From Tubulanus polymorphus (Eukaryota; Animalia; Nemertea): 64,000 bases of DNA. Below, piece after piece: positions 63,600 through 64,000 of this stretch. The stretch covers positions 17,540,950-17,604,949 of the forward strand of contig NC_134029.1 of assembly GCF_964204645.1 (NCBI RefSeq). The letters run 5' to 3'. Each line of letters starts with the position of its first letter. Positions within the stretch are counted from its first letter, which is position 1. Position numbers and translations under genes: made by a program. Under the pieces are notes generated by a model that was not told where the DNA came from, ran no database searches, and saw only the letters and a list, made by a program, of their open reading frames with translations.

Positions 63600-64000
63600 G
63601 ACGGCATTTGAATTCCTTGGATAGTTTGCTTGGATGATAAAGTTTGCCAGCTGTCTAATAGACACGGGGTAGTCGGTGGTGAATAGATCCAACCAGTTGT
63701 CATGGTCGATGTCCAGAAACCTTGCTCTCAGAGCATGAAACGATTGGCATGCTAACACAAAGTGTTTTTCATCGTCAATCTGCTCCAGATCACAAAATTT
63801 ACACAGTCTCTGGTCGAGTGGAGTTTTTCCTGAATCGGCCTGTTTCGACGTGTAGCGGGAATGTTCCGTGTCTCAGTCAATTGCTGAAGGCTGCATTATT
63901 GACATGGGGGTTATAACGTAGGTCTCCACGTTGAACGAACTCTTGAACGTTTAATAGAAACGCAATTTTGGCATTGCGTCGACCGCGATCGACCACGATT
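63600..64000 (-). mobile_element. LINE ORF2 C-terminal (Zn-knuckle) remnant
   Basis: KLRFY..FK..ETY..VETGRF..PLDQRLCKFCDLEQIDDEKH, with frameshifts. Confidence 0.75.

Overview
AT-rich eukaryotic genomic DNA with GT-AG introns and a TE profile typical of a marine invertebrate (taxon is inference only). The dominant feature is a large + strand multi-exon gene (32218 to at least 62666). It encodes a signal peptide plus at least 26 scavenger-receptor cysteine-rich (SRCR) domains, a DMBT1-like architecture. The 32 hand-spliced exons total 8671 nt (~2890 codons in one frame) and the 3' end probably lies outside the window. Domains 2-25 form an A-B-C triplet repeated 8 times. Upstream lies a decayed tandem paralog: it keeps the signal-peptide exon (4805-4880) and copies of the SRCR25/26 exons (20273-27252) but has no recognisable SRCR1-24. 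Those two exons were hit by a 4.5 kb insert carrying an intron-containing Ginger/GIN-type integrase, flanked by an 11-bp direct repeat, and by two copies of a ~1 kb non-coding mobile element. That element occurs four times in the window, has no TIRs or poly(A), carries a GC-rich palindrome 16 nt from one end, and always abuts a host CYAG. It is the most unusual object here (rolling-circle or tyrosine-recombinase-like). The rest is decayed LINEs (CR1/L2-Crack, Vingi, Tx1/L1), a Penelope fragment, hammerhead-like motifs, Helentron-type non-autonomous elements, MITEs and satellites. Most short ORFs in the supplied track are spurious. All coordinates and alignments were read by eye.
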